Below are positions 13,051 to 26,355 of a stretch of 64,000 nucleotides of DNA, piece by piece. The notes below the pieces were generated by a model. The model did no database searches. It was given only the letters and a program-made list of their open reading frames with translations, and was not told the origin of the DNA. Made by a program: the position numbers and the translations under genes. Position 1 is the stretch's first letter; each line of letters begins with the position of its first letter. This stretch comes from Moniliella sp. 'wahieum' (taxonomy: Eukaryota). The stretch lies in the NCBI GenBank assembly GCA_003971905.1, contig RSEE01000138.1, positions 1 to 64,000 of the forward strand, written 5' to 3'.

Positions 13051-16000
13051 TCCTACGGTCCCAATGTCAAGGTTCAAGCTTGTTTGTGCGCTTGCCTAGC
13101 CGTGACCACACCTTGCCTTGCCTAGACTTGGCTGGATCGCATCTTAGGATCTTGTTTCTTGAGCACCACCCAGTGCCTGTCTATACATTTCTCTACGCCC
13201 AACTTACCACGAACCAAGAACCACGAACCAAGAAAAGAAAAGAAGAAAAAAAATAAACTTGAATACTTCCCTCCCGTTTCCCTCCCCTCCCCTTCCCTTT
13301 GTGCCTGCCTTGTCCTTCCCCGCAGGAACGTTGCTTCCACCCCGTTTTGTTCATACCCATGGCACCCATGGGACCCTGGGATCGTCCTCTCCCCCTTGAG
13401 ACTCGCCCCGCTCTTTCTTTTGACGGGCGGTTACTTACTTGCGCGGTTCGCGTTGTCTGAAGGGAGGGAAAGAGCAGATGAAGAGGGGGAGCGGCGGAGG
13501 GTGAGGGGGGGGGGTATTTATGTATAACCAACCAAGCTTCTTTCCTATCCCATTTTCTACTACGTTTTTCGTTTTTACTTTTGTTTACTTCTTTCCTTTT
13601 ACCTGTGACTCTGACATTAACCTACCACTATCCCCCATCCTTCTCCCACCATCTTCCCCCACCTTCTTACCCTGCCCTCCCTGCCCCCTACGGCCTCCGT
13701 ACCTCGTACCTCCCGCCCGTACTGTACCAAACTAAGCTTCTTATGTGATTTGCCTGAGCCATCCATCCATCGGATGCTTCGATGATCGCCCGCGGGGGGG
13801 GTGTTGGGCGTTCTTTTGCCCTTATGATGATTGCGTAGCGGTTGCTTGTTTAGGAAGTGCTTGCGTGGGCTGTGCGAGCGTAGGTGGAGGTAGGTATAGC
13901 ACCCCGCTGAGGGAAGGTACGGCGGTGGAGGTGGAGACCAGCACATGGTGGGAAGCATACGAGCGACAGGGGGGGTACACAGAGCGCAGTGAGAGGTTCT
14001 CAAGCGAAAGGACCTGACCTTAGCTTGCATAATGTAGAGGACGCATAGGAGGGAACGGAGGGAAAGATCAGAGGTAAGAATGCTTAGAAGGATGGAGAAG
14101 GATGGATACCCGTCTGTTGTATACGTATACGTACTCCCGATTGTTTGCTTCCTGGGGAAGAGGGAGGGGGTAGGTTGTGCATTAGCTAGGTGGTTGAACG
14201 GTACCCAACTCGGCCCACCATAGATTCAAGAATCAACCAACCAACCAACCAACTACTGACCCGAGGTTTCTCGTCCCAATTCCTCATTCACTCCCGCTCT
14301 CCTCCTCCGTCCACGAGAGGCACCGGCGTTTATGGGTACGATCCCGATCCCGGTCCCTGTCCCGTTCCCGTTCCAATTCCCGCAACTCGCTTTGGGGCCG
14401 TACCAGCACGTGTTATGGATGCTATACATTCATGCGTCCTAGCACGCTTTCAGAAACTCTCTGAGTTGGTCATTGCACTAGACTAACTGTTTCGCCCACA
14501 GTGCCACAGAAACGAAACGCGGTGGTGCGTCCTGCCCTGCCCTGTCTTGTCCTGACCAGTCCCGTCCTGTCCTGTCCTGTATTGCATTGGGCTCTGTATT
14601 GGACTCAGTGTACCCCTATGGTTCGGTTCCTTTCGTCTCCAAATCGAAATCCCGTTCAGCCCTCGCAGGTCATCTGGGTAGCACTCGCAGTTTTTCTCGC
14701 CCTCTCACAGCTCCAGTCCGGTCGAGGTGTATAGTGCTGTTGTGTGGATGAATTGTGTGCTATACTGGTGACATGCGACCAGTGGCACTGCAGCAGTAGT
14801 GTTTTATCTTTCTTCTTTTTCCTTCTTGCGAATAGGAGCATAGCTCTTGTGGGAGCTATGCAGTGAATGTTATGACTTTACCACCTCCATCCCCACTTAG
14901 CTGCACAATAAGTGCGGTCAGGGGCTGCATACGTATCTGAGAGCCACTGAGAGCTGAGAACGACTGAGCGTCATCCTCAAGTTTACATGCTTTCTACGTC
15001 GTCCTACGTATCAGCAAGCACAGAACAGAGCATGGAACCTGGGATCCCTGCGGTGCCCGCCTTGGCCCGTGTGGCGCAAAATCTCCATTCCAAAAAACTG
15101 ACGAGAGCGTGTGTGAGTGTGTGCGTGGGTGTGTTCCAGAAGGCAGACCCGTCCATCAGGGTTCCGTTTACTACAACTGATCCTGGCTCACAGGGCGATG
15201 CGATGGCAGAATGTTATCGTGATGTCTTCTGTCACGAACCACCACCGTGACATGTCACGGCCTCACGACAAGCCCAACTAACCTCCACCTCCACCTCCAC
15301 CTCCACCGCTTGCATATTATCTTTGCTCCTCTCTGCCTTCTCGACTTTTTATAGTCCATTCTCCACGCGGTTTTGGACTTATGTCTTGTAGTGCTCCTGG
15401 GCCCACATTTCCCTTAATGTTTATCCTCATGCCGCGGCTCAAATCCAGAGCTGGCGCTTCGTTGAGAGGCAACAATTAAAGACACTTTCGCTGGGCGCGG
15501 CACCAACTGATGCGAATCTGAGCAATCAACCCCTTGGCTTTACTTGTATTCTTCGGTCAATTGCGAAGCTGAGGATCTCATAGACTTGGTGCCTTAAACG
15601 ATTTGACCTGTCCGCATTCATTGGCGTAGGTAGCAGTCCCTTCCCAATGAAGACCAATTCAGTCACTTCAAAAAGGATAACATAGTTCAACCGATCGGTT
15701 GGTCGCTGGCCTACGAACTTTTGAGAGCTTTTTTCCCCTTGTACACCAACAGAGTCTAACAAATGAGGGATTAGGGAAGGGGGTTCCAATACTGATAATG
15801 GTATCTTGAGTTAAGACCACAGAATAGGTTGCAGCAAGGAGGGTGGTGGGTCTTTTGGCGCTCAGCAGCTCCCTTGGTGTTAGAAGGAGAAAATTGATCT
15901 CGTTCTGTTTCGCGCTTCTGAAAGGGATCGATCTATCCACAGCAGGAACAAAGACAGACAACAGCGATGTTCAGTTTTAAAAAAACGATGCAATTCTCAC

Positions 16001-16951
16001 TTTCTGAAAGCAGAGCACGTACGGGATGTGAATGTGATTACCTTGACAAATTCCCGCCCCTTCGGTTTCCTCACGACCGCTGGGTAGACGCACCGAATGA
16101 CGTAGTTGGCTGTGCACATACTGGATGTATCAACACAAATGCCCTTGAGGAAACGGCTTACGGGAACACCAAATCACCATTTCATCTCTTCGTCAATAAA
16201 GCGACGTTGGAGGGTGATGCGTCAAACCAGATTGCTTACGATCGTCAGAGTGGTCGCACGATTACGTGTGACATGTGGCACGAAGGAGCACTTTACAGCT
16301 GGTGAAGAGACAACGTCGGCCTGTATAGTACCGTGCGCTTGCCAGATTTCATGTAGCAGAACGCGTGGATTTAATGGCTGATAGAACTAGAACTATCCTT
16401 CATCTCCCATCTGTCGCCAACGATTACCGCAACCTTTCAGAAGGAGTCCATCCCCCTAGATATCTATCAAGATTACATTATCTACTTTCAGTGTTCCTTG
16501 CGCGTTGAGCCACCCGCTCCCCGTTTTTGGCTAACGTCCCATCGGTTTCCTTCTCAAGCCGAAGAGTTTCCGCTGTTTGGTTCTTGCAGTTGTCTTTGCC
16601 CTACAGCTCTTAGCCCCTCGTGGCAACGAACAGTTTGTCGTTCCTCTCTTTGCATAGGTGTTGGTTTAGATCATCTCCTCCACGAGTGCGATTGTATCAC
16701 CCTCGAGCACCATCCGGCCAGTAGGTCACAGTGTTACAGTAAAATGTATCTATCCACAAAACAATAGGGGTTCACACGACACAATCTTAAACGTCATTGA
16801 TGGCTGATGTCATTGATGCGATACGATAGAGCCAAACACTTGTAGGTGCGTTGTGACAATTCATTTTGGACTATGACACTTCAAACCTGTTGAGGCACTG
16901 CAATGATATAAAGTAACAAGAATTGTATTTGGGAAGAGTTGTACCACTTTC

Positions 16952-17104
16952 TGTCGGAGGAGATCTGCCCAGCGGTCTGCTACCGGTGAGGAGGGAGATG
17001 GTGGACTAAGGAAATGAATTACTGGGGGCAGAAGTCTCGGGAAGATCTACTCCGGAATAAACCGGAGGCGGAATGGGGGGCCGCAGGTGGCGTCTCACTC
17101 AACA
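16952..17104 (+). mobile_element. Solo-LTR-like element (153 bp) with 5-bp target-site duplication
   Basis: TGTCGGAG...CTCAACA (TG...CA) termini and an internal AATAAA. CTTTC flanks both sides (16947-16951 and 17105-17109). A second copy lies nearby. Confidence 0.8.
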
Positions 17105-17770
17105 CTTTCGACAGTTATGTTTGCTCTTGAACCGATAATAGCCCGGACTTATCCAAATCATTGCTTGAAGACGATGGAACACCCGAATATCTTTCGCCCC
17201 CACATCATCCGTAATATTCCGTCTATACGGTGTGAAATGGCCACGTGTATATGTGTAGAGACCCGAACTGTGCCACGAAACCATGTTTAGATTGACACTA
17301 TTGTTGTGCAGCTCTCTGTGGTGTTTCCTTGTAAATGGCATGATTCATAAATTTTCTCATTGACCAACCTCTTGCAATCCCGTTTTGACATATAGGCAGT
17401 AATCCCCTTGACGATTTAGATGCTGAATACACTGCCGAAGGTATTGTTCGTACATGCTACAGGTGAACCTGACTTGGCGGTCGTTTAGAACAAGTACAAC
17501 AATGGACCATTTGTCACATCAGCCAGACTCAATCTCAGCAAACCAAGGTGGGTTGGCCTATTGAGATACCTTTATTTTGCGTGTTGACTGCCTTTAAGAT
17601 TGTTGCCCGCGATTCCGTTTGAGGTCCATGAACTACTCTCCTGGAGGATATTTATTACTAGTAAAAGCATGCATCAAAGAAATATATTCCCGGGACGCGG
17701 AGACCTGGATTTCTCATTGGGCTCCAGAGATGTGGTGGCCACATTTGCTTCGCAACACCAGAACAACGTA

Positions 17771-17924
17771 TGTTGAGTGAGACGCCACCTGCGGCCCATC
17801 CCATTCCGCCCCGGTTTATTCCGGAGTAGATCTTCCCGAGACTTCTACCCCCAGTAATTCATTTCCTTAGTCCACCATCTCCCTCCTCACCGGTAGCAGA
17901 CCGCTGGGCAGATCTCCTCCGACA
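17771..17924 (-). mobile_element. Second solo-LTR-like copy (154 bp), inverted
   Basis: Reverse complement matches 16952-17104 with only a handful of differences. Flanks ACGTA/ATATG do not form an intact TSD. Confidence 0.8.
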
Positions 17925-19247
17925 ATATGTTCTCACAAATGGGTTCAATTGCTGGTTCACTGACCTGTTACAACCTTGGTGTGCCCTTGCTGTGCTAGTT
18001 GTGCACCCATTAGCTGATTATTATATGTCCTGCGGTCACACAATTGGCGCGTAATTGTGTGGCCCGATTGTTGAGTACAGCGAGTCAGGATACGCAACAA
18101 GGCAGCGAATCAGGTGAGAAGTTCTTGCTTGAAACCACAGATTGTGTTTCCCTTCAGGAAGCGCGCGGGCGAGCTACACACTTTTCGCTCGCGAATGGAA
18201 ACTCGGGATCCGGGGGAGACCAAATCGTATTTGGACTTGACGACTCATCTTCGTCTTGGTCGAGAAGCTTTAGGTACGGAGCAAATGCTAATGGTCCATT
18301 TGGGGGGGAAAAGGAGCAAATTGTGTTGAGATTGAAAGCATCAGATGCATATATAACGTGGACATCCGTCCCAAAAATGAAAACACTCCTTGCGTGAGTC
18401 GGACCAATTTTGCCTTCCTTAACTTGACGCCGATAACAGATTTGACTTCACTCGCGTCCTTGACACGAGGGATAGCAAGGGAGAGCCGAGATAGCGCTGA
18501 CATCCTGGATGTCAGAATAAATAAGGTTTCTGACATCAGCGACATCAAGGCCACGATGGATATTGATGACATGTACACTATCAAAAAGGGGTCGGTAGTG
18601 ACTACCTTGACGATATTGGCATAGTATGGGGCATCGCCAACAAGAGGGAGACGCCTTACAGGAGAAAATGTATATTCAAGTGTGGAGAGAATGACGATGC
18701 ACAGTTGATCGTGGTGGCCATCGACTTTCGATTCAGTGTCGAGTTATATAAACTGGGTAGCAGCCTGGAATCAGAGGGAAAGCGGACGACATAGCTCTTA
18801 TGTGCCTTTTGCGAGAAAGTAAATGTGTGCTATACAGCAGCTCGTCGTGCTCCAAAGAGATGTAAACCGTTTCAGCGTTTTTCGGTCTCGCTACTACCAC
18901 TGTATGGAGGCGCATGAGCTCGTGTGAAAGAGAAAACGTCCAACTAGAAACTTATTACCTTCTACGTCCATCTACATCTAATTTCTACCTTCTTGGTGAG
19001 CGTGCGATGGGGGACAAGGAGGGCCATATAAAATATGTGAAAATTGGACTATAGGCACATCATCGACCCCTGTTGGTCTCCCAGAAACTCAGTTGAGTAT
19101 ATGCGCATGGTCAAGAGTCAGAGAGTTGGTATACTATCCAGGAAAATAAAGGAAACTGAAGAAATTCGGGACAAGCGAACACGTGCGCCAACCTGATGAG
19201 TCCGATAAGGGTGCCCGAATACTCCGGTGTCATTCTGGGCAAAGAGA

Positions 19248-19299
19248 TCAAGTCGCAGGTTCAATCTGAGAGGTCAAGTCGCCGGTTCAATCTGAGGGG
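19248..19299 (+). repeat. 26-bp tandem duplication
   Basis: TCAAGTCGCAGGTTCAATCTGAGAGG followed by TCAAGTCGCCGGTTCAATCTGAGGGG. Confidence 0.85.
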
Positions 19300-19626
19300 C
19301 CAATGGTCCTCACTGAGTCCGTCAGGAGTCATGTTGTCCCGCTCACATCTTCATCCGCAATCACACTCAGCTGATGCCGTTCTCACTGCAAGCCTCATGC
19401 CTCCCGAAAATGGACCTGCCAGGGAAGGGATGAAAGGTCCCAAACCTTTGTTCAGTGACCTGACACGCATTAAATTTCCACATTTGTGCCCTTCAATGGG
19501 TCCGTATACATTCTGGCAGTGCTTTTGATGTGGAAGTGTTATCAAATCGTACTCCCAGATAGAAACCTGTCCTAAGGATTCTCGTCACAGTTCATCAAGT
19601 CATCATATTAACATCATCACCAATGA

Positions 19627-22254
19627 TCAAAATCGTCCAAGTGAGGAGTCCGACCCGGAGATGGAGGTCATGAAATGGGAGAGGGGAGGGAGTACTGGCG
19701 GCCCAGAGCGGTATACTAGGGAGGATTGGATGCCCCACGCATGCCACGCACCCAAAGCTTCAAACGGGCGGGCTGCAACTAAAGGAAGAGGAGATGGCGC
19801 GCTTTCGGCGAACGCGCTCTTGATGGACATGGCCGCTGCGTAGAGACCGAGGCCGCTCATGGTAAACCCACCCAAGGCCAGGAGCAAAACAAACTTTTGA
19901 CTAGCCATGCGGGCAGCGTGATGCCGTATGGGAACGTGTACTTGCCTCCTTCAAACAGACCGCGGCGCAAGCGACTCCACTGGTTCCAGTGGTCGATCCG
20001 TGTTGAGGGCATGCCGGGCGCCCAGGGGCTTTCGGCCTTGAGCGCATCGGCATGCACGAGCCAGATCCAGAGGAACAAGAAGGGGAACGAGTATCTAGTG
20101 CAGTCAGGTTCCGGTTAGCATAATAGCTCTCTACCAAGAGAGACAAGAAGAAAAAGAGGGAAAACACAGGAGAAAAGCAAAGGGTTAAAGGAATCGGGGA
20201 CGTAACGTACGAGAAGTGACAATGGCAATGGCCGAGATCAAGCCAGAGAGGGAGTTGATCTGCGGGATGCCCGAGCCAATGATGAACGCAATGGCCCAGA
20301 AGAGGATGGACCAGATGGACCACATGACTTGACCGCTTCGACTAAACATGTTGGGACCATGGAAGATGTCCTCAATCAGGCTGCGGTAGCTCACCCGGAT
20401 GCCCACGTTGCCGTAAATGGCAGCGGCAATGATGGCAGTGATGACTCATTACGTTGCAGGCGGTGAGAGCAGCGCCTTCCTTCATGATCTGGTACCCGAT
20501 CGCCAGAGAGTACTGGCCAGCTGTGGGGGGGACAATAGGTTAGTCTTCATCACAAAATGATAAACGATGATTGCTGGGCAGCAAACAGAGAAGTACAAAG
20601 GACAAAAGGGAAGAACGTACCACCACTGTAGACACAGGCGTACATGACGTAAACGAGATAAATGACCAACTGGGCCAGGCAACAGCCCTTCCAGAACGAC
20701 TTTGGCTGTTTCATCTCCGACATGATCTCAGGGAAGATCATGGCGCCGCCATAGGCAAAGACGAGCAGGTTAACACCTTGGATCTGGTCGGATATGTCGA
20801 GATGAGGCCAGGCAGTTTCGACTGGCGGTTCTGCTCCACTTGTTCCACCGTCAAGCCAACTGGACCGCCACGTGCTGGCTGAATATCCTTCCACTTTGAT
20901 TACGATCATACTGAGTTCCAAAACGTGTTCTGGTTAGCATGTCCGGCACCGGCCCAATCAACAACGCAGGGCAAGCCCAGCTTGTTTATGGGATGCAGTA
21001 TAGCACACAATGGAGAAAGAGACGTACCTCACAAACAATGGTCCAGTTGGGATGGTGGAGACATTGCTCAGGCCGGCAAGGCCCCGAAGAGTGCGAACTG
21101 AGTGCAGACGATGAGAACGACAGAGGGTTAGAACAGGAAAGAGAGGGCGGGGAGGAAGGCATAAGCAAGCGAGTAAAGGAGGCGAGGGGGAGGGAGTTTG
21201 ACGTGCACGTAGACCTGAAGCGGGGGTTGAAGACGTACCCTGAGCAAGCACCATGCCAATAGCGGCAAAAATGACGACGGCCACGGCAAAGCAGAGTCCA
21301 TGTTTAGGCGAGTAGAGGTTGATGATTTGGATCAAAGCTTGTGCGTTGCTGAGTACCAGCAGACCGCAATTGACGATCAATTGGAGGAACTGGAGGATGG
21401 AGATAAGGTGGCGCATCCAACGTCCCATGAGTCGTTGGCCATGTCGCCATACGTCTTGACGGGGGGAAGCGGGACGAGTCGAGCTTCATAAAGAGCCACT
21501 GGAGCGAAACGGCCGCCGCCGACGCACAGGCGCCAAAGACAAAGAAGAGGATGTTGCCTAAAGACTAGCTAGTTAGCTCGTAAGTTCTCCAAAGCTATGA
21601 TATCGCAAAAGAAAAGAAAAGGAGCACGAGAACGAGAACGAGAACGGAGGATGAGGAAGGAAACGTGCCTTGTGCCCACCCATTTTGGCTCATGCCATAC
21701 GGTGCTGAGCTGGGGCCCAAAATGTCAGTGGTAATTAAGAAAAACACGCTGGTCGCACCGGCCATGCGCATGGTGCGAGCGGTTGTCAATGCCTCGAGGG
21801 TCTTGGGATCGGTGACGCCCTCAAGCTGGGGTGTGGAAAGGTCGGTGGTGAGCGTTTCGGGCTTGACCATTCCTTTTTCGTCGATCGAGGGGTGGGGTGA
21901 CTCGACCAGGGTGGCCCCGGCCCGTGCGGGGGTATGGTGCTTAGCCCAGAACGCTTTGTTGTAGATGCCGCGGAGGATGGTGAGGATAGAGACGCCCTGG
22001 GCGCCGTGTCCCTTGAGTTCTTCTTGGCGCTCCTCTTCACGTTGAACTTGGGCCCAGTAAATGTACTCTTCGAGAGAGACGGATGAATTGTTTTCCGGGT
22101 AGGTCATGTCGGGTGTGCCGGTCAACTTGTGGTCCGAGGACGTCGGGGCGACTTCAATGTCCTTGAGGTCAGCCGACGCCAGGGAGTGCACGAGTTCATC
22201 CCGTCCAGGAGCAGGCTCCTGCAATGAGAGTCCGGCGAGGTTGCCGCCAAACAT
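19627..22254 (-). CDS. Amino-acid transporter, AAAP/Aa_trans family (Mtr-like), multi-exon
   Basis: Motifs VSLEEYIYWA, RMAGATSVFFLITTDILGPSSAPY, KLDSSRFP, VFAYGGAMIFPEIMSEMKQP..FWK, AAIYGNVGIRV and GLGLYAA. Minus-strand GTACGT donors are present. Confidence 0.88.
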
Positions 22255-22367
22255 CGGATGGGCGGAAGGCGGAAGAAGCGGTGGGTACTGGATGGATGGT
22301 GGGAGGAATAAGGGGAGAAGGGGGTTGAGAAGACAAGGGGGGGAGTCCCACCCTGATACCCTTCAAC

Positions 22368-22376
22368 TTTATAAAC
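22368..22376 (-). promoter_or_regulatory. Probable TATA element of the transporter
   Basis: TTTATAAAG about 115 bp upstream of the ATG at 22254 in GC-rich context. Confidence 0.4.
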
Positions 22377-24684
22377 TGGAAGAGTGCACTGTCCTGTGCA
22401 CAAAACCGCTATAGTCGTCTCAGATTCACTGTGAATGTGGGCTGTGTGCGGGCTGGGCACACAGAGTGTTCTGCGTCGATAACTATCATCAGCAGGGTGA
22501 TCTCTACCAAGGTAGTCATTCTGCGCACACTTTTCTTTTGGGTACGAATAGCGGTGGCCCAGCTGGGCTCTGTGAGAACGTCACCAGAGTGGTAATGCAC
22601 ATGCATGGATAATCGATAAGGTGGCGTAGGGGGACCCCAGCCCACTTGCGCATCCAGCTGCACGTAGGGGAGAGAAGGGGCACATGGCGTGTCGAGATGA
22701 GGAGAGGAAAAAAGTGGTACCAGAAAAGACTTGGGCAAACGCTGCCCCAAAGCCCTCACAACCCCCCAAATAAGTGCTGTGTGCTGCCGTTGGCCCCAAG
22801 TCATAAGCAGGGAAGTCGCTAGGCACTGGCGAACTGCTCTCGGTGGCACAATAGGGGCTGGGAAGGGAAGGCAGGCAGCACAGGACACTGCCAGGGCTGG
22901 TTTATGGGCCGAGCGGCAAGCCACGATGGCGCTGACTAGTCACTGGTCACTACTAGTCACTCCGGGCACTAGGTCACTACGCACTGTTACTCTTGCTCGT
23001 CGCACGGCTCGCACGAGAGGGCGGGCGGTGGGCGTGCGTCGAGGGCTGGGCGGGCCATGTGCTCTTGGCCAGGTGCGAGCAAGCGGCGGTGTCTGGGACC
23101 CCCCGCACGGGTGGCGGCGAGAAACACCAGGGCTCTGCTGCTGCCGTTGGGGGAGTCCTGCCCCGAACCCCGAACGCCGTTGCGTGGTGTGACATTGTGG
23201 GGACATGGGATGGCATCAACGTTCAACGTCATTGACGTTTTGTCGCCCGAGCGCTCTTGGGCGAACGCGGGCGAACAGCGAGCGCGTAAGCGCACCCCAC
23301 TTGGACGGGGCAATCCAATCGAACGCGAACGCAGCGGCGCTGCCTCCGGGCAAGTGAGTAGTAACTAGTGACTCCATCCGACAGTTGCGCCACTCGGGGG
23401 ATGCTGGTTCGCAGCGTAAAAGGCGCAAGGCCGAAGGCGCAACGCCTCAGGGTCTTATCTGTGGCAACCGAGTAGGGTCCAGCATCTCACGCGTCACGCG
23501 TTTCAATCTCACGCCCCAATCTATTCAACCCCGCCAAAAAGAAAAGCCATTCAGGACACGACCAAGGACCTATCCATCTAAAATCTACTTCAACGACATT
23601 GAGATCATCATGATCCATCACGCACTGTCCAGGTCTGCATCCGGCTGGTGTCAAGCTTTTGACCCCTTTGGCTTTAGGCTAAGGCCTCAGGTCACGGATA
23701 TGAACGTGCTGAGCGCCGAATGATCCTTCAAGCATATTGCCCGAAAAAATCAGGAGAGAGGCTGTGTGCTGTTGTAGGTGGTTAGAGCTGTTCGTTTTGG
23801 GGTCCTGGAGTATTTTTGAGTCCTGTCGAGTTCCTGAGTCATGAGATTATTGTCGAGCCTGGCTCATTCTGTCATGCCGTCGCAGGCCTTGGTCTGAGCC
23901 CGTTCCTCGCCCTCCAGAATGTCCACCGCATTTTTCGGCTTTAGGGAGGCACTCGTACCTACGAACTGGATCGACAGTGATTCATTCGATTACGAATGGC
24001 AGGACAAAACGAAGCTGAACGCAAGACGACTAAGTTCTGAAGAACCAACAATAGATTGACGAGCCCGGGGATCATTGACATCCTTCAGATCATCGACCAT
24101 TACATGTGCACCACAACCATCTTCTCCGGCTGTGCTCTGCCGTCCTGTATATGGCTACGCTCCAAAGCTGAGGACATCTCTTGACATCTGAGGCCGAGCA
24201 AGCTGCGGTGAAGGGGGTGGGTCTGGAGATACGTGCACTGTTGGTGGGAGGCGTGTGTGCTACCTCAGAATAACACATGTGTGGTATACGACTGCCATGC
24301 GATGTGAGGGAGCGGTACTTTCCGAGGAGACACAAAGGTGGTGACACCCGGCGCAACTGACAATACTGTATTAGGTTGCGGCGGTTTTCCCGCGAGTGGA
24401 CCACATGTATACTACGTCTCTCTCGTGCAGTAGAATGGGTCGATGGACACCGACGCCTAGAGCAACCAGAGGTTCATCAGAGATGCGCCAGGGCGCATGG
24501 ATTGCTGGCCTGTGCGGACGATGCCACATGAGAGTGTTGATTGAGACGCGTGTTGAGATGGGCGCATTCGACACGGGGCCAGGCGGCCATGTACGCAGCG
24601 AACGCGGGAGCAAGGAAACAGGACCGACTCGGATCGAGCAGGAGGGCTTACCATGGGCAATGGCGATGGCGCGCAGTGTGGGCA

Positions 24685-24721
24685 TCACGTGGGAGGCCAC
24701 GTGACCACGTGACCACGTGAC
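24685..24721. promoter_or_regulatory. Cluster of four CACGTG E-boxes (Cbf1/bHLH-type)
   Basis: TCACGTG then (CACGTGAC)3, about 250 bp upstream of the septin ATG. Confidence 0.55.
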
Positions 24722-24972
24722 CCGCTGCTTCCGCTGCTTCCGCCCAGCGCTGCTCCACGCCCGCATGCAGCCACGCAGCACTGGCGCCGTGCCGGGGCGC
24801 AGAGCGCGCGACGCACACCCACACTGGCGCCGTGGGGCCCGGCGCGGCGCGGGGCGCAGAGGGCGAGCGTAGCCAGTGGCCTGGCAGGCGCCTGGCCGTT
24901 GCCCGCCGTCTGCCGCCTCCTTCGCCCTCCTCCGCTTCCCACCCCCACCCCTACCCCCCCACCACCACCACC

Positions 24973-26098
24973 ATGGCTGCGCCTACACGCCAGCATCGGC
25001 ATTGCCAATGCCCAACCAGCGGCACAAGATCGTCGCCAAGGAGGGCGGCCACTTTACCCTGATGTGCTCTGGCGAGAGCGGCCTGGGCAAGACGACGCTG
25101 ATCAACACGCTCTTCAGCACAGAGCTCGCCGCCGGCGCCGACAGCAAGCGCCATCTGCGCCAGATGGACCGCAACGTGGAGATCGACATTATCAAGGCCG
25201 AGCTCGAGGAGAAACAGTTCAAGGTCAAGCTCACCGTCATCGACACGCCCGGGTTTGGCGACTATGTCAACAACCGCGACTCGTGGACGCCCATTGTCGA
25301 GTTTATTGACGACCAGCATGAGCTGTACATGCGCCAAGAGCAGCAGCCCGAGCGTGGCCACAAGACCGACATGCGTGTCCATGCGTGTCTCTACTTTATC
25401 CGTCCCACCGGCCACACGCTCAAGCCGCTGGACATTGAGGTCATGAAGCGTCTCGGCACGCGCGTCAACCTCATTCCGGTCATTGCCAAGGCCGACACCT
25501 TGACCAGAGCGACCTGGCCACGTTCAAGGCGCGCATTCGTGCCGTCATTGCCCACCACGGCATCCGCATTTACACCCGCCGGTGGAGGAGGACGATGCGG
25601 ACAGTGCCGAGGGCGCGCACGCTGCTGGCCGCATGCCGTTTGCGGTGATTGGGTCGCGGACGAGGTGCGGACGGGACGGGCGCGTGGTCAAGGGCCGTGC
25701 GTACCCGTGGGGTGTGAGTGAGGTGGAGAACGGACGCACTGTGACTTAAAAAGCTGCGCTCGCTCTCATCCGGACCCACATGCTGGACCTGATCAACACG
25801 ACCGAGGAGACGCACTATGAAAACTACCGCACCACCCAGATGGAGACGCGCAAGTTTGGCGAGCCCAAGGTGCGCAAGCTGGAGAACCCCAAGTTCAAGG
25901 AAGAGGAGGAGCTGTTGCGCAAGCGCTTTACCGAGCAGGTCAAGCACGAGGAGGCGCGCTTCCGCCAGTGGGAGCAGCACTGATTGCCGAGCGCGACCGG
26001 CTCAACAAGGACCTCGAAGCGGCCCACTCAGCCATCAAGCAGCTCGAGTCCGAGCTGGACCACATGGGGCCGTACCGCGGGCGACGACGCGGCGCTAA
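24973..26098 (+). CDS. CDC12: Septin, Cdc12/AspC type (several apparent indels)
   Basis: Motifs IGIAN.PNQRHKIVAK, GESGLGKTT, VIDTPGFGDYVNNRDSW, LIPVIAKAD, THYENYR and a C-terminal coiled coil KRFTEQVKHEEARFRQWEQ. Confidence 0.93.
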
Positions 26099-26355
26099 GC
26101 GCGTGCCGGTGTGGAGGGTAGGATGGTGGTGAATCGTATTGTGCGATGGCATGGTGGGGTGTGGTGTGGTGCGTAGTCAGTCGGTCGGTAGGTGAGATCT
26201 GAGAGGAGGAGCGGACAGCAGGGGGAGTGCTTACGCAAGGCGCGGCGGCAGGGGGGCAGCGGGTGACGTCATGGGAAGGGGGGCAGCGGGGTGGAGGCCG
26301 TCTTGGGAGCTTAGAGCGCACCGCCGTCTCTCGTCTGCTCCACCACGCCGCGGCC

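Noticed and set aside
16952..17924. Single 973-bp MITE/TIR transposon
   Set aside because: No TSD around the pair, whereas the left copy alone has a 5-bp TSD and TG...CA ends.
24090..24686. Possible small spliced minus-strand ORF (MPTLRAIAIAH...)
   Set aside because: The product would be very short with no motif and no clear branch point.
24685..24721. Point-centromere CDEI
   Set aside because: No AT-rich CDEII or CDEIII follows, and the lineage is not Saccharomycetaceae.
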